Part shown: positions 13,076-25,584 of the stretch, piece by piece
Layout of the letters: the number at the start of each line of letters is the position of its first letter
How positions within the stretch are numbered: the first letter of the stretch is position 1
Source: Stegostoma tigrinum
Taxonomy: Eukaryota
DNA: 64,000 nt
Assembly (NCBI RefSeq): GCF_030684315.1
Contig: NC_081386.1
Span: 30,485,020 to 30,549,019 of the forward strand
Direction: 5' to 3'
Made by a program: the position numbers and the translations under genes
Notes under the pieces: generated by a model
Database searches by the model: none
What the model saw: only the letters and a program-made list of their open reading frames with translations
Told to the model about the DNA's origin: nothing

Positions 13076-13669
13076 ATCAGTTGTGACCTTACCAATACAC
13101 CACCACCTCCCCTCAACTTACGTATTATTCAGTGGTTGATAAGGGGTTGAAATATAGAAGCAAAACTATAACATCTGCAGCAATACCCTACCTATGACTG
13201 AAGATCTCAACAAGCAATCTTGAATAGCCTTTAACAAGTCTTTCCCTCAAAGGATGGATTCAGTCAAACTATGCATTTTTAAACAGTTACGTAAATTCAA
13301 GGGTAAATCGAAAAACTGAAAACCCATGGTAGGTGTAGCTCAATGGTGGCATTCTTGCCTTTGAGTAAGACAGTTATACAGATTCAACATTAAATGCCGT
13401 GTGGCTGTAATAAAGAGACTGACTATACCTTTCGATATCAATTTTCTGGATTTGTTCTTTGCTTCAGTTAATTTTCTCCACCTGCAACAAACTATACTGA
13501 AATCATGAAAAAGAGGCAAATTTTACATAAAGCATTGATCGGTATAATGCTGCAAAGCCAAAGAATGCAAGAAAATAACGTAAAATTTTCTAAGATGAAG
13601 ATATAACTTGCAAGGAAAAGCACATCCAAAAAAAGTGAATGGGTTTTAAGCTTTCTTGAGTGAACCTAA

Positions 13670-13925
13670 GTTCTCACCACAATCTAGAAGGACAAGGACA
13701 TCACGTAAATGGGAACACCACAACTTACAAGTTGCCATCCAAGCTAATCACCTTCCTGACTTGGAACTATATTTCAGTTCCTTAGTGTCACTAGGTCATG
13801 GAACTCCCTTCCTCATGGCATTGTGGGTCTAACCCCACACCAGAAGAAGACAGCTTACCACCTCCATCAAGCACAACTAGAGATGGACAATAAATATTCA
13901 CATCCCATGAACTTTTTTTTTCAAT
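13670..13925 (+). mobile_element. LINE 3' end (CR1/L2-type)
   Basis: Tail GATGGACAATAAAT...CATCCCATGAA is shared with the SINE family at 51835. Confidence 0.6.
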
Positions 13926-16124
13926 AAGATATCAAATCTTAATTTTACATGGCTCCACCTCTAGTCGCAAACATGTGTGGTGCCAACATGCAAAAGTCTC
14001 ACAACAGATCACATCTGATCAGAGTTCAATTCCTTCTTGCAGGCTTAAACAACAAGAACAATACTGACTTTGAAACCATTATAAACAGGAGTGACCAACT
14101 GCAAGGTTCATATTCGGCTCAGAGGGCATGAAAAAAAGGGACCATGTTTAGTTCAATTTATATAATGTATCACTACGATGATATAATATTCACAAAAATG
14201 GACTTTAACATTTAGTTATTTCAAAGTTCATCTTTTCCTGAGCATTTAAAATGCCCCATTACAATTTCCATACCCAAATGTTGTCCACCATCATAAGTGT
14301 TTGAACACCCTGATTTACATGCTAATAAATTCAATGCTTGCAGGGTTACTGGCATCACTTTCAAATGCCTACTTTTTTCTAGCAGTATGATATAATTTTT
14401 TACGACTATCCTTTTTTTAACCAGACTGCAACATGCACATTTGTGTTGAAATTTATCTGCTAGTTACAATACTGATTGTATAACCATATCAAAACCAGTA
14501 TACTATGTTTAAACAATTTTTCCAAAATTTATAATTTAAATTTTCTTTTCACATTCATTTGTTAAATAAAAAATGGTTTCCTGTTTAAAGGTGGCAGTCT
14601 AAAATCTCAAAAAAGAGTTGTTAAAGACATGGATTGATCTGTTCTGGAAACAGCACCTTGCCAAAAGAAATTACATCACTCATGAGAAGCAATTTTAAAA
14701 GAGGAAACGTTCTGCCTTTGGCTTTTTAAAGGAATAGACAAAGACATGTTGCACAAATAGGTTTATTTCGCCTTCTACACTGTGTAACACCTAGGTGGCA
14801 AAAGAAAATCTAATATGCTTGACATCAATTTCCTGAAGAAGACCTCAAAGCTAATCTTTTAATCTAGAGGCACCAGAGTCCAACAAATACAATTTTAAAA
14901 GGCAAGTTACAATGTTGTTGCTGCCAAGCCACACCTGTAAGATCACATCTTATTGCAAGCCAAGCCATTTGTAATGATGGTTTAATTAAATTCTGAACTA
15001 TCTGCTCCTTTCAGAGATAGTCAAAGATTATTTGAGCATCTCTCCAATTAAACCAAACTCAAAGAAAAAATTATTTCCAAATGTTAGTAAATCATAAGCA
15101 CACAATCTTGATGCAAGAAAATCCCCGCAATCTCCAACTCTGAGTGATTTGTAACCCTAGATTCAAGTTGCATGCGCTCAATGCTGTTGCAGAGACACAA
15201 GAAATGCAGAAATTAGAAGCAAAAAATGACTTCAGTGAGAATATTTTTGACCTAAAGTTTAATAGTCTTGGGCAAAGTTAACAGCATAACTTAAGAACTA
15301 CGCTGAAAAGGGAAATTTTAATATGATGATTTCTGAATGTGTTGAATCTAATAAAATTTCTATTCCTAGAATTACGTTTCAAATGTTAACTATAAGGTTT
15401 TGTAGCTCAAGTCTATTCCAAGCCAGTAACAAATCTGAGACAAAAGGAGTTACACCTTGAAAGATTAATGCTTGGTTGGTTTATTAGCAACAATTTAACC
15501 ACAAATCTAGCAATACTTACTCTGTAAAAATCTTACAAAGCTTTAAAACAGAATAAAAACACTCTTCCATTATTATGTCATATGGTTTATCTCGCAATGC
15601 TATCCAAATTTATTTAATTGAATAATGCAGATTTTAATGGCTTATATATTCTAAGATCTTTCCAAATGCATCAAAAGTAGTGAACTGTAGCTAACATTAT
15701 GCCAGGGATATAAAATGTCACAAGAGGACTGGAGATACTAGGATAGCTTTTTTGCTCCCGTGGAAATAAAGAAAAGATTTAATTTTTTAAAAATATTATG
15801 CAGTGTTTTATAAAGGTGAATAAAGTAAGACTGTTTATTTTGGTTTGGGACCGGTTTTAAGGAGGCGCCAAATCAAAATCGTTACTAAAAAAAGAGGCAT
15901 AGTTTTCCAAAGTTAAAACACAGGCCACAGCACCTGTTAAAAAAAAAGGATAAATATTTGAAGTAGACAATGACAGCACTTGGGGAATTCAGTTTGTCTG
16001 GTTCTACCGAAACGGTAAGTGATGGAATGTGCCAAATTATCGCCTCCTTGATGTACAAACAATTGTAATAGTATTTAAAACTGATACATCATTTTGATTT
16101 CAAACAAACTTAAAGCTTTTACAA

Positions 16125-16450
16125 TTAAAGTTGGCAATGCTGGCATTTATTTGCCCATTAATAGTCCCCTAATTGCCCATTAATAGTCATACAAAATTGC
16201 TGCGGCTCTGGAGTCACATGTAGGTAAGACCAGGTAACGATAACATTTTCCTTTCCTAATGGACATTAGTGAACCAGATAGATTTTTCCTGATAATCAGC
16301 AATAGATTTATGTTCAATATTACACTTTTAATTCCAGATATTTATTGAATTCAAACTCCACCACCTCCTGTGGCAGGACTCAAACCCAGAATATTATCTG
16401 GGTCTCTGGATTAACAATCCAATGATAATACCACTAGGCCATTGCCTCTC
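16125..16450 (-). mobile_element. SINE with LINE-derived tail
   Basis: CTGGAGTCACATGTAGG...GGACATTAGTGAACCAGAT is the reverse complement of the 51850-51925 family. A tRNA-like head remnant lies near 16370-16445. Confidence 0.75.
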
Positions 16451-17160
16451 TTCACAGTACTACATCCTATAAAGCAAAAGTACTCTAGGTTTCATTCCTC
16501 TGCCAAATTTGTTGGTCTCAGCTTGTTGACCTGTCTCAGCAGTACCAGAGTTCAGAATTTTTTTAAAAAGTCAAATGACGGTCCTGCTCGAATAGTTAAC
16601 CTGATATTTCTTCTGGAAAGTGCAACAATTCAAAGGAATCAGGGTTGAGCTCTAACTTTGAAAACATGAAAGAAGGACAGTGACTACTTTGAGTATTACT
16701 GTTCTCATCTTAGTTAACCTTTCAATTAAAATTGCACCTTTACCCTTGCTATCTCAAGCCATAATCAATAATTTGTTTACTAGATGTTTTTATTGAATGC
16801 TCCTCAACAAAATAAAAATTCTTTTGCTTCTGGATTTCACTTTTGAAAACCACTTCTTGGCAAACGTGCATATACAACTTCTGTTTGCAGATAAGACTAA
16901 TAAGAAAAGGAAAATCTAGAGAATTATTCAACCTATTTGCACAGTAGCAGCAATCATTACATCAATGAAGATTCAAGTGAAATGATCACTTCTGATCCAA
17001 ATACAAAACAAAAGAACTGTCTCTTCCATAAAGCTGTATTGTATCATGGTAATTTAATAATGTACATAAAAGTCACACAGTATTCTACAGGCAGAAGGGG
17101 TCCTTTCAAACGTTCATGTTTGGAAAGGTTTATAAAAGGCTCTGATTAAAATGTACCTAC

Positions 17161-17228
17161 ATATGATAACATGGCTTTCATTTCTTCATCACTGCGTACT
17201 GTGATTCGATCGCCATCTTCATCTTCAT
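17161..17228 (-). CDS. MAP2K5: MAP2K5 coding exon 3 (68 bp), PB1 acidic OPCA motif
   Basis: aag|AT GAA GAT GAA GAT GGC GAT CGA ATC ACA GTA CGC AGT GAT GAA GAA ATG AAA GCC ATG TTA TCA TAT|gtagg = (Y)EDEDGDRITVRSDEEMKAMLSY, same as the MEK5 motif. Phase continues exon 2. Confidence 0.97.
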
Positions 17229-18599
17229 CTTTAGAAATAAAATGTATAGTAAACATTATTTTGTTAATCAACGCTAATAGTGTGATACAGAGAATAACAC
17301 TTTAGAATAGATAATTAAACAGAAATTGGAAAGACATAGCCGACTCCAACTTGCATTACATTATATGAATTTTACAGAGCTTTATTTGATTAAAAATAAC
17401 CTATTTTCCCCAGGCAGTTATCATGGAAAACAGTAGGCTCTCATGAATCCACAAAAGAATCTGAACTAACATGTATGTTTGGTTTGTAAAATGTTTTCAT
17501 TCCATTGCCAACTGCAACCAAATCTGGTCTGTCTAATATAGTTGGTACACACTGTATTTTTGTAATAGATTTAATCATTTACCATCTTAAGTAACTATTC
17601 TACAATTCTATATTTACATTTACATTCAAATCAATACTTGCAAGTGTTAAAGCTTCAAAGGAGAGATTTCACGATCTGTTTTCATGATATATAATAGTTA
17701 TTAGCACACAGTTACAACCATGAACTTGTATCCAACTCACTAAAACATCACAACACAATAAATGTGATTAAGTCCCATCAGAATTAACTTACTCCAATAT
17801 GTACATACAGAACATAAAACAGCACAGCACAGGAACAGGCCATGAATTTTATGCTGGAAGTCGACATCAACAAATGAAAAAAGGAAACTAGAATATCCGT
17901 TCTCAACTTATATTACAAATATTTCAAAGGGAAGGAAATCCAGCAGTAATTTAATAGAATTTTCACCATTTCAATGCCAATCTAAAGTAAAATTACACAG
18001 CAAAGAGTCATTCACTGTGGTTCACACTGTATTTGCAATTAACTACAGCGTTCACAGTGCGGAAAAATCCTTCACTCCTCAGTTAAGATGATGTCACTAG
18101 TTCAAAATTATAGGGAACCATACAGTAGAATCAAGGTTCAGGTAAATGCATAAAACTTCCATAATTAAGCTTATGTGGTCAATCATCAAAATTCATGACT
18201 ACAGCCCTTAATTCTCCAGCACCAACTCAGCAGTCAATTCATATATTGTCAACAGATTTTCCAAAATGCTGCTATATCCAACATATAATGCAATACACTG
18301 TATGATATTTAAGTTGTTATCCATTATTGTAAGAATGTTAGGAGTAGGGTAAATGCTTCAAAATGCAGATATAGCCCATAGGTGTGGGGTTTATCCACTC
18401 AACTTGTCCCAATGCAGTATTCAGGAGTGGATATGTCATTTACTCAAAGTGTATTCTGAGGGCGGCCTTGAGATCCATCCCTTTCTTTTAGCTTTACTTA
18501 TGGCATTCTCTGTCACCATGTCCTGTTACCCCTCCCCACACTCCAGTGGGACTGTCCAATTTGGCGGTTAGACACATCACTGTGCTGCCATTCTTGCAT

Positions 18600-18850
18600 T
18601 CTGATCACCTAAGCTGCTAATACTACAGATTTTCTCACCCAATACTCCACTGTGCACTTCCCCCCTGCTGCTGCGACTGTTGCATAAATGCTGTCCCCCG
18701 CAACACTTGATGTCAACTCTGAAGAGTCATCTACAATCGAAGCGTTAAGTTTTCTCTCTCTCCATGGATGCTGCCTGGCTCGCTGCAATTTCCAGAGTTT
18801 TTTTGTTTTCAGTACAGATTCCAGCATCTGTATTAAATTGCTCCTACTGG
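18600..18850 (+). mobile_element. Old Penelope-like 3' remnant
   Basis: CTGAAGAGTCATCTACAATCGAAGCGTT...CCATGGATGCTGCCTG...TTCCAGCATCTG, related to 30751-30835. Ribozyme core is degenerate. Confidence 0.65.
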
Positions 18851-20665
18851 CCTGGAGATTTAGTTGCAGTTTTGTGAGGTAGTGTGGTGAGAAAGTTGTG
18901 GTGGAGTATATTTACAGAAAGTGGGGGTACCGTACAGTTTTATGGCATTTGGAGGGCAATATTGGTACGTGAAAGCACTAAGATGAAGTTACTGCGATAC
19001 TAAAGCCCTTGGGGGAATAAATGTTCAGTAGCAAATAGTGGAAAGAGACACCCCATAATTTAAGCAATGTGTTGGAACAGGATTGAAATTCTGAATTAAT
19101 GGGACAATGATACCAGAAACCTGATTTAGTGTACTGGGAAAGGTTCCTGAGTATGGTAGCAGTAGTGATAACAAGATTATTTCAGGAGATGGGAAGAATG
19201 GGTCAAAGTTAGGTATAGGAGTCTGTTCAGTTTTAACATCTCAGAATAATGTACAGGGATAAGGCAGTGATGAAAGACCAATATCAGAGAATAAAGTAAA
19301 GATGTTGTATGTGAGATAAGAAACCTTCTGTTTAAACAATGTCACAGAGGAAAGCCACAGAAGCAAGTCAATAAGTGTTCTGCAGAATCAAAAATTCTTG
19401 CCTTGAGGAAACAGTACCAAGAGATACAAAAAGTATGAAAATATTTAGTAACTTCAAGGATTAATCTCAATGGGAATTGGTTTTTGTACTACAGTTCAAA
19501 AATGACAACGTGCATAAGCATCCTTATATCACCTGCTCGGAAGACATAAGAAGCCAGACTCAAATAAAATCAAGGAAAGTTCAATATTTTTAGAAAATAG
19601 AAACAGAAAATAGTAACTCATCATTGTTACAGAAAATGATACACAAGGTGTTTCATACATAAAGCTTTAATTCATCCCTCTCTGGACACATGTACTTTTG
19701 TTTAAGTGGCCAAATCAGTGCTGTCCTATCCCCAAGCCCTCTCAACCATCCCAACTCATAAATGCATTGATAACAAAGGTAGTTGGGCTTCCCACAGCAG
19801 AGCTTTCCAAATATTTTCCCACTGTGACCTCAAATTGAGGCTTGAAAACTGCCGCAAGTCCTCAGGGAATGAGGTAGAGGATACCGGAGATCCGTGGCTG
19901 CTTCACAGTTGCAACCCAAAAATTTATGCTTGTGACCCCACCAGGATCTAGAGCCCAACTTTGGGAGGTCTGGTACTACAGTTTAATTTTCTAAAATTCC
20001 ATAAATTACAAAATGTCAAACAATCACAAAGTAGTATTCAAATAACAGATACTTCCTAACCTTTAAAATTCTTAAATCTTACACGGTAGGTTGAAATGAC
20101 ATTTTGATGGCATGTTGCATAATCAAGAACAATTATTTAAGCAACCAAAACAAACAGCATTCTTTGCCAATAAGTGTATTTTTAGAAGAAATTTTCATAG
20201 GTGTGGACTTGCTGGTAACACCAGAATTTTCTTGTCCATCTTTATTTCCTGAACCACTATAGCCCATCCTCTATATGTATACCCACAGTGTTACTAGGGA
20301 GGGAGTTCCAGGATTTTCTCCAGGGCAGTGAAGTTTGATTAAGGTTTGAAATCAGGTTGGTGCATAACAGAGTTATCAGATTTTGAAGATGCTGAAAATG
20401 CCTTGGGGGGAGTTGCTACAGTGTATCTTGCACGTGGTACAAACTGCTGTCCTGCATCATTGGTCGAAGGTGTGAATTTTTAGACCAGAGGTTGGACTGT
20501 TTGTTAAGCAGGATGTTTTGTCCTATAACTTCTCCATTGAATGCATTTCGATAAAGCCTAAAGAATACTAGACATTAGATCAAAGTCAACTAAAATAAAA
20601 TCAGAAACTAGTTAATATGTATATAATTTCAGTTCATTTTACATATTAAGCACTAATTTACTTAC

Positions 20666-20714
20666 ACTCAAAGGCTGTGGTTGTTGTATCTGGCAACACC
20701 TGACCAATAACATC
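20666..20714 (-). CDS. MAP2K5: MAP2K5 coding exon 2 (49 bp)
   Basis: ttttag|GAT GTT ATT GGT CAG GTG TTG CCA GAT ACA ACA ACC ACA GCC TTT GAG T|gtaag = DVIGQVLPDTTTTAFE, matching MEK5 DVIGQVLPEATTTAFE. Phase 0/1 fits exons 1 and 3. Too short to appear in the ORF track. Confidence 0.96.
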
Positions 20715-21224
20715 CTAAAAACAAGAAACAAAATTGATCATTCTAAAGCAGACCTGGGACGATTTTACATTCAAAGACGAAGTAAAATATATTTTAAAAA
20801 CTGGATAAATAATTTGTTGCCTTGTTCCCTGCATAAATGTTGACTGTTTACTCCCAACTTGTATCAGAGCAACCTGTAGGTGACTTCACATCTAACTCTC
20901 GCCTTCTTTAAGTAACATGTGACTCCTGCTCCCACTCCCACCTCCCTAACCCCTAGAGCCATGACTGAGATCAGTGACTCAGCATACAAAGCAAAGACCC
21001 AAACTTGCATCACATAATGGCTTACTGCATCGGTTCTAGAATGGAGCTTTAATTGGAAATCCCACAGCTTGTCTTGAGATAGCAGGAGCTGTGTTTTATA
21101 TAAATATAATTAAATACTGGATCAATGCAGCAGTTTGAGAGTAAAACCTTTTTTGCTTTTTCATTAGGGTCACTCTGTTCCTGAACCACTATAGCCCATC
21201 ACTGGGCCTTACCACTCCTGACAT

Positions 21225-22124
21225 TGCCACAAAAGTTAGTGAATTAATCAAAGTACGTAACATCCCCAATTTACCTGTCCAATAGAATCGGTTAACAGAT
21301 AACGCTGACCAGGTTCTCACAATTATTGAGAACTATAGTTTGATACAACTAAGTCGGTTCTAGCCACAGGTGAAAAAAAAGTTATGAACTATCAACATAT
21401 AACTCTACTTGTTGAAACTGAAACCAGAAACCTGAAACCCATTAATCCCTACATGCACACACACGCACGCACACACAGGCAAACAAATCATTAGCGTTAT
21501 GGTTGGAGGCAAAAGAACAACTGGGAAACACTGTTCAATAGCACCAGCCCACAGGGTTTAATGATATGTTCCTTTTACTTTCCAACACCCTCTATTCTTT
21601 CCACCAGGTTCTGTCACTTCTTGCAGGAGGAACATGGCAATTTGAACACTAACTAGAAAGTCTTTTAATTACTGGTTAAGAGCAACAGTTTACAGCAATG
21701 GTGGAAGAAAATAGCTGGCTTTATTCAGGCTTCAGGTACTTGTAATTCTGAATACTTGTAATACTGAACCTGCTCTTCCAGTATTCTGGAGACTTCTCAT
21801 CCCCTACTGTAAACCTACAAGCTGGCTCCTGGGCAGGTGAACTCTCATAGATCTGTCATTCAGCTGATTATTTCTGGTAGCCACAGCTGGTCACATCTGC
21901 ACAAAACAGTTACTTATTGCCAACCAAATCTCTCACTGTGCACATTCACTACAGCGCCATGCTATTTTATCTTGCCTCCCCAACTCCTTGCAAAGCAACA
22001 GTGTAAACAACTCACAATGAATTCCAGTAGCTTGTTTGAAAACTTCAATAGTTCCTTCCTAAAAACAGCAAGATCCCATTTTAATTTGCAAACAAAAAAT
22101 AAATAAAAAGATGTCATCTTACAA
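21225..22124. mobile_element. Possible solo LTR
   Basis: ~0.9 kb non-coding block with TG...CA ends abutting a CR1 fragment. No TSD confirmed. Confidence 0.3.
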
Positions 22125-22526
22125 GTTCCATGTGGCATCCTTTTTATTTTGTGCCCCTGGCTCTAAACTCTCAGACAGGGGAATCATTTTACTTGCATTA
22201 TCCAGTCTATCCCTTTAAATATTTTATCGGTTTTAATGAGATCACTACCCATTCATCAACATTCGACAGAATACAGGATCAGTTTCCCCAACTACTCTCC
22301 ATAGTTGTGGCATCCCAAAACAAGTTTGGTGAACTTCCATCCCTGTATTGCAATATTTTCCTTCCTTAGGTAAGGAAACAAAAGCTGCAAAGTACTTCAC
22401 GTGCAGTCTAACCAAAGATCTACACAGTTGATAATGGGAACTGCAGATGCTGGAGAATCGAAGATAATAAAATGTGAGGCTGGATGAACACAGCAGGCCC
22501 AGCAGCATCTCAGGAGCACAAAAGCT

Positions 22527-22554
22527 GACATTTCAGGCCTAGACCCTTCATCAG
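22527..22554 (-). ncRNA. Minimal hammerhead ribozyme motif (left arm)
   Basis: CUGAUGA-A-GGGU(CUAG)GCCU-GAAAU-GUC. Two substitutions versus the right-arm copy. Confidence 0.55.
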
Positions 22555-22766
22555 AGAGGGGGATGGGGTGAGGGTTCTGGAATAAATAGGGAGAGAGGGG
22601 GAGGCGGACCGAAGATGGAGAGAAAAGAAGATAGGTGGAGAGGAGAGTATAGGTGGGGAGGTAGGGAGGGGATAGGTCAGTCCAGGGAAGACGGACAGGT
22701 CCAGGAGGTGGGATGAGGTTAGTAGGTAGGAGATGGAGGTGCGGCTTGGGGTGGGAGGAAGGGATG

Positions 22767-23276
22767 CCCCACACCACCTCCCTCATCCCTATCCCAGGCC
22801 CCAAGATGACTTTCCATATTAAGCAGAGGTTCACCTGCACATCTGCCAATGTGGTATACTGCATCCACTGTACCCGGTGTGGCTTCCACTACATTGGGGA
22901 AACCAAGCGGAGGCTTGGGGACCGCTTTGCAGAACACCTCCACTCGGTTCGCAATAAACAACTGCACCTCCCAGTCGTAAACCATTTCCACTACCCCTCC
23001 CATTCTTTAGATGGCATGTCCATCATGGGCCTCCTGCAGTGCCACAATGATGCCACCCGAAGGTTGCAGGAACAGCAACTCATATTCCGCTTGGGAACCC
23101 TGCAGCCCAATGGTATCAATGTGGACTTCACCACCTTCAAAATCTCCCCTTCCCCCACCGCATCCCAAAACCAGCCCAGTTCGTCCCCTCCCCCCACTGC
23201 ACCTCACAACCAGCCCAGCTCTTCCCCTCCACCCACTGCATCCCAAAACCAGTCCAACCTGTCTCTGCCTCCCTAA
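22767..23276 (+). pseudogene. PLE GIY-YIG endonuclease domain (5'-truncated ORF)
   Basis: FTCTSANVVYCIHCTRCGFHYIGETKRRLGDRFAEH...QEQQLIFRLGTLQPNGINVDF contains the VVY/YIG motifs, CxxC and the conserved R, E and N. There is no RT. The ATG at 22713 lies in the inverted arm. Confidence 0.9.
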
Positions 23277-23505
23277 CCTGTTTTTCCTCTCACCCATCCC
23301 TCCCTCCCACCCCAAGCCACACCTGCATCTCCTACCTACTAACCTCATCCCACCTCCTTGACCTGTCCGTCTTCCCTGGACTGACCTATCCCCTCCCTAC
23401 CTCCCCACCTATACTCTCCTCTCCACCTATCTTCTTTTCTCTCCATCTTCGGTCCGCCTCCCCCCTCTCCCTATTTATTCCAGAACCCTCACCCCATCCC
23501 CCTCT

Positions 23506-23533
23506 CTGATGAAGGGTCTAGGCCCGAAACGTC
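23506..23533 (+). ncRNA. Minimal hammerhead ribozyme motif (right arm)
   Basis: CUGAUGA-A-GGGU(CUAG)GCCC-GAAAC-GUC. Intact core, 4-bp stem II, palindromic ACGU stem III. Stem I is very short. Confidence 0.7.
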
Positions 23534-24806
23534 AGCTTTTGTGCCCCTGAGATGCTGCTGGGCCTGCTGTGTTCATCCAGCCTCACATTTTATTATCTAC
23601 ACAGTTGAAGAAAGATTTCAGTACTACTGTACTCAAATCATCTTCCAATGAAAACTAACACATACTATTAGTCTTCCTAATTGTTTGCTGCACCTCTATG
23701 CGAGTCTTCAGTGACTTATTGACAAGGACATTCAAGTCTCTTTATACGTCTGCACTTTCTCATTTCTTACCATTTGGATAACCACACCTTTCCCCATATT
23801 ATATTCTATTTGCTATATTCTGTAAGTCTGTCAAAATCCCCTTGAAGCTTGTTCATGTTCACCTCAGACCATGCATTCGCACCTAGGTTTGTGTCATCAG
23901 CAAACTTTGAAATGTTACATTGAGTCCTTGTATCCAAATTCATTGTTACATTTTGTGAACAACTGGGACTCCAAGTAATGATTCTTGCAGAGCCTATTAC
24001 TAGTTACAGCTTGCCAACGTAAGAATGACCTGTTTATTCCTATTCTTCATTTTATGTCCATATGCGCATCCTTAATTTAGGCCAGTGTATTAACATCTGT
24101 CCCAGGTGGCTTTAATTTTGCGAATCAACCTTCTGTGAGGGACTTTGTCCACTAATTCCACTTCATCAATTCCGTTATTAATATCCTTCAAAAGCTCCAA
24201 CAGATTTGTCAAAGCACAATTTCCCATTCACCAGTCTATGCTGACTATGCTCAATCAGATTGCAACCAGGAGCAATCTCCTGGACTACAAAGTGGGACTA
24301 CAAACATTGGTGTTGTGCATACTTATCGGTATACTTGAACTGTAACTGTTTGGTACAAGTGCCAAAGTCTTTTGGTAAGTTCCAAGTTAAAAGCATGAAG
24401 CTCCAGAGAAAACTAACACTTTTGTTTCAGGATTGAGATAATGACATGCTCACTAACTACCCGATTTTATTAATGTTCACAAGAGCACTTTAAAGCACTT
24501 CTGTCCGAAACTTTTGCTCACCTAGAACACCAATACATAATTTTGTAGGGAACAACAGGTAAAATTGTAAAATGTCATTGTTGAGCATCACAGTGCTGTC
24601 CCACACAAAGTCATCCCATTTTCAACAATCAATTTTGGAATTTCTTCACACTTTTCAGAGTTGTTCATTGTTGGATGGTAATAAATATAGAATTGAAGAC
24701 TGTTACAGAGATAATAGGAATTGCAGATGCAGGAGGATCTGAGATAACACAATGTAGATCTGGATGAACACAGCAGGCCAAGCAGCATCAGAGGAGCATG
24801 AAAGCT

Positions 24807-24834
24807 GGCGTTTCAGGTTGAGACCCTTCCTCAG
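24807..24834 (-). ncRNA. Degenerate hammerhead motif, back-to-back with 24836-24863
   Basis: CUGAGGA-A-GGGU(CUCA)ACCU-GAAAC-GCC. The cleavage triplet is mutated. Confidence 0.45.
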
Positions 24835-24835
24835 G

Positions 24836-24863
24836 CTGAAGAAGGGTCTCGACCCGAAACGTC
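24836..24863 (+). ncRNA. Minimal hammerhead ribozyme motif
   Basis: CUGAAGA-A-GGGU(CUCG)ACCC-GAAAC-GUC with an intact core. Upstream stem I sequence was lost at the inversion junction. Confidence 0.6.
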
Positions 24864-25584
24864 AGCTTTCCTGCTCCTGTGATGCTGCTTGGCCTGTTGT
24901 ATTCATCCAGCTCTACACCATGTTATCTAGAATTGAAGACTGACAGCTTCTGAAAATGCCAATGAAGATCTCAGGTCAACCAAAGGACCTTGGAACAAAG
25001 AGGTTTTCAACATTCGTCAGTTTTCCTACAAAAAGTGTCTTTTCATTCAAGTCAGACTCTACCAAATGTTGTGGTTGCAAAATAAATCCCAATATCTAGT
25101 TTTTAAAAATAGAATCGAGAATGTTTGATATAGAGAGGTACAGCATCAAAATCTGCAGCACTGACCCAACAATGGATGGGTAGAAAATAACATTTTTTAA
25201 TGGCTACTGCAACTAATGTCTTAAAGAGAACCTGTTCCTTTAGCTCTCACTTTCTTTGACGATGGATTTCATTTCCCAAGAATGATAAATAAATGAGGAA
25301 AATTATTTAACCCTTGATGATGACTATTGCACTTTCACAGCTCAGACTCCACCGCCATCAGCAACCAGCTGTTGTAAGTTGGCATGCCTTACACTATTCA
25401 TTTGCCAACTCGTTGGATAACAGCTAAGCAGCAATTAGAATCAAGTGTTAGGACTTTCAAGAACAGACCATTACTGCACTAACATGTATTGCCAAATTAA
25501 TGCAGCATGCACTTTGCCACTGTGGCTCACAAAAATATAGTCTACAATTCCAGGATCCATTACTTTGTGCATAAAAACAATATT

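Larger units (their letters stand above)
22432..23594 (+). mobile_element. Young Penelope-like element (GIY-YIG 3' portion) with ~304-bp inverted terminal arms
   Basis: 14-bp TSD ATCTACACAGTTGA (22418-22431, 23595-23608). Arms 22463-22766 and 23295-23597 differ at only a few positions. Each arm carries a hammerhead motif. Confidence 0.95.
22125..24270 (-). mobile_element. CR1 LINE fragment hosting the Penelope insertion
   Basis: Decayed RT sequence on the - strand on both sides of 22432-23594 (LCRSLVRLHVKY; TTTGCTGATGACACAAA = FADDT near 23890). Confidence 0.75.
24703..24927. mobile_element. Penelope-derived fold-back mini-element
   Basis: 15-bp TSD TAGAATTGAAGACTG (24688-24702, 24928-24942). 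~90-bp inverted arms meet at 24835. Confidence 0.92.

Noticed and set aside
22397-23361. Several 94-187 aa overlapping ORFs as host genes
   Set aside because: All lie inside the PLE. The mirrored N-termini (MRLVGRR...) come from the inverted arms.
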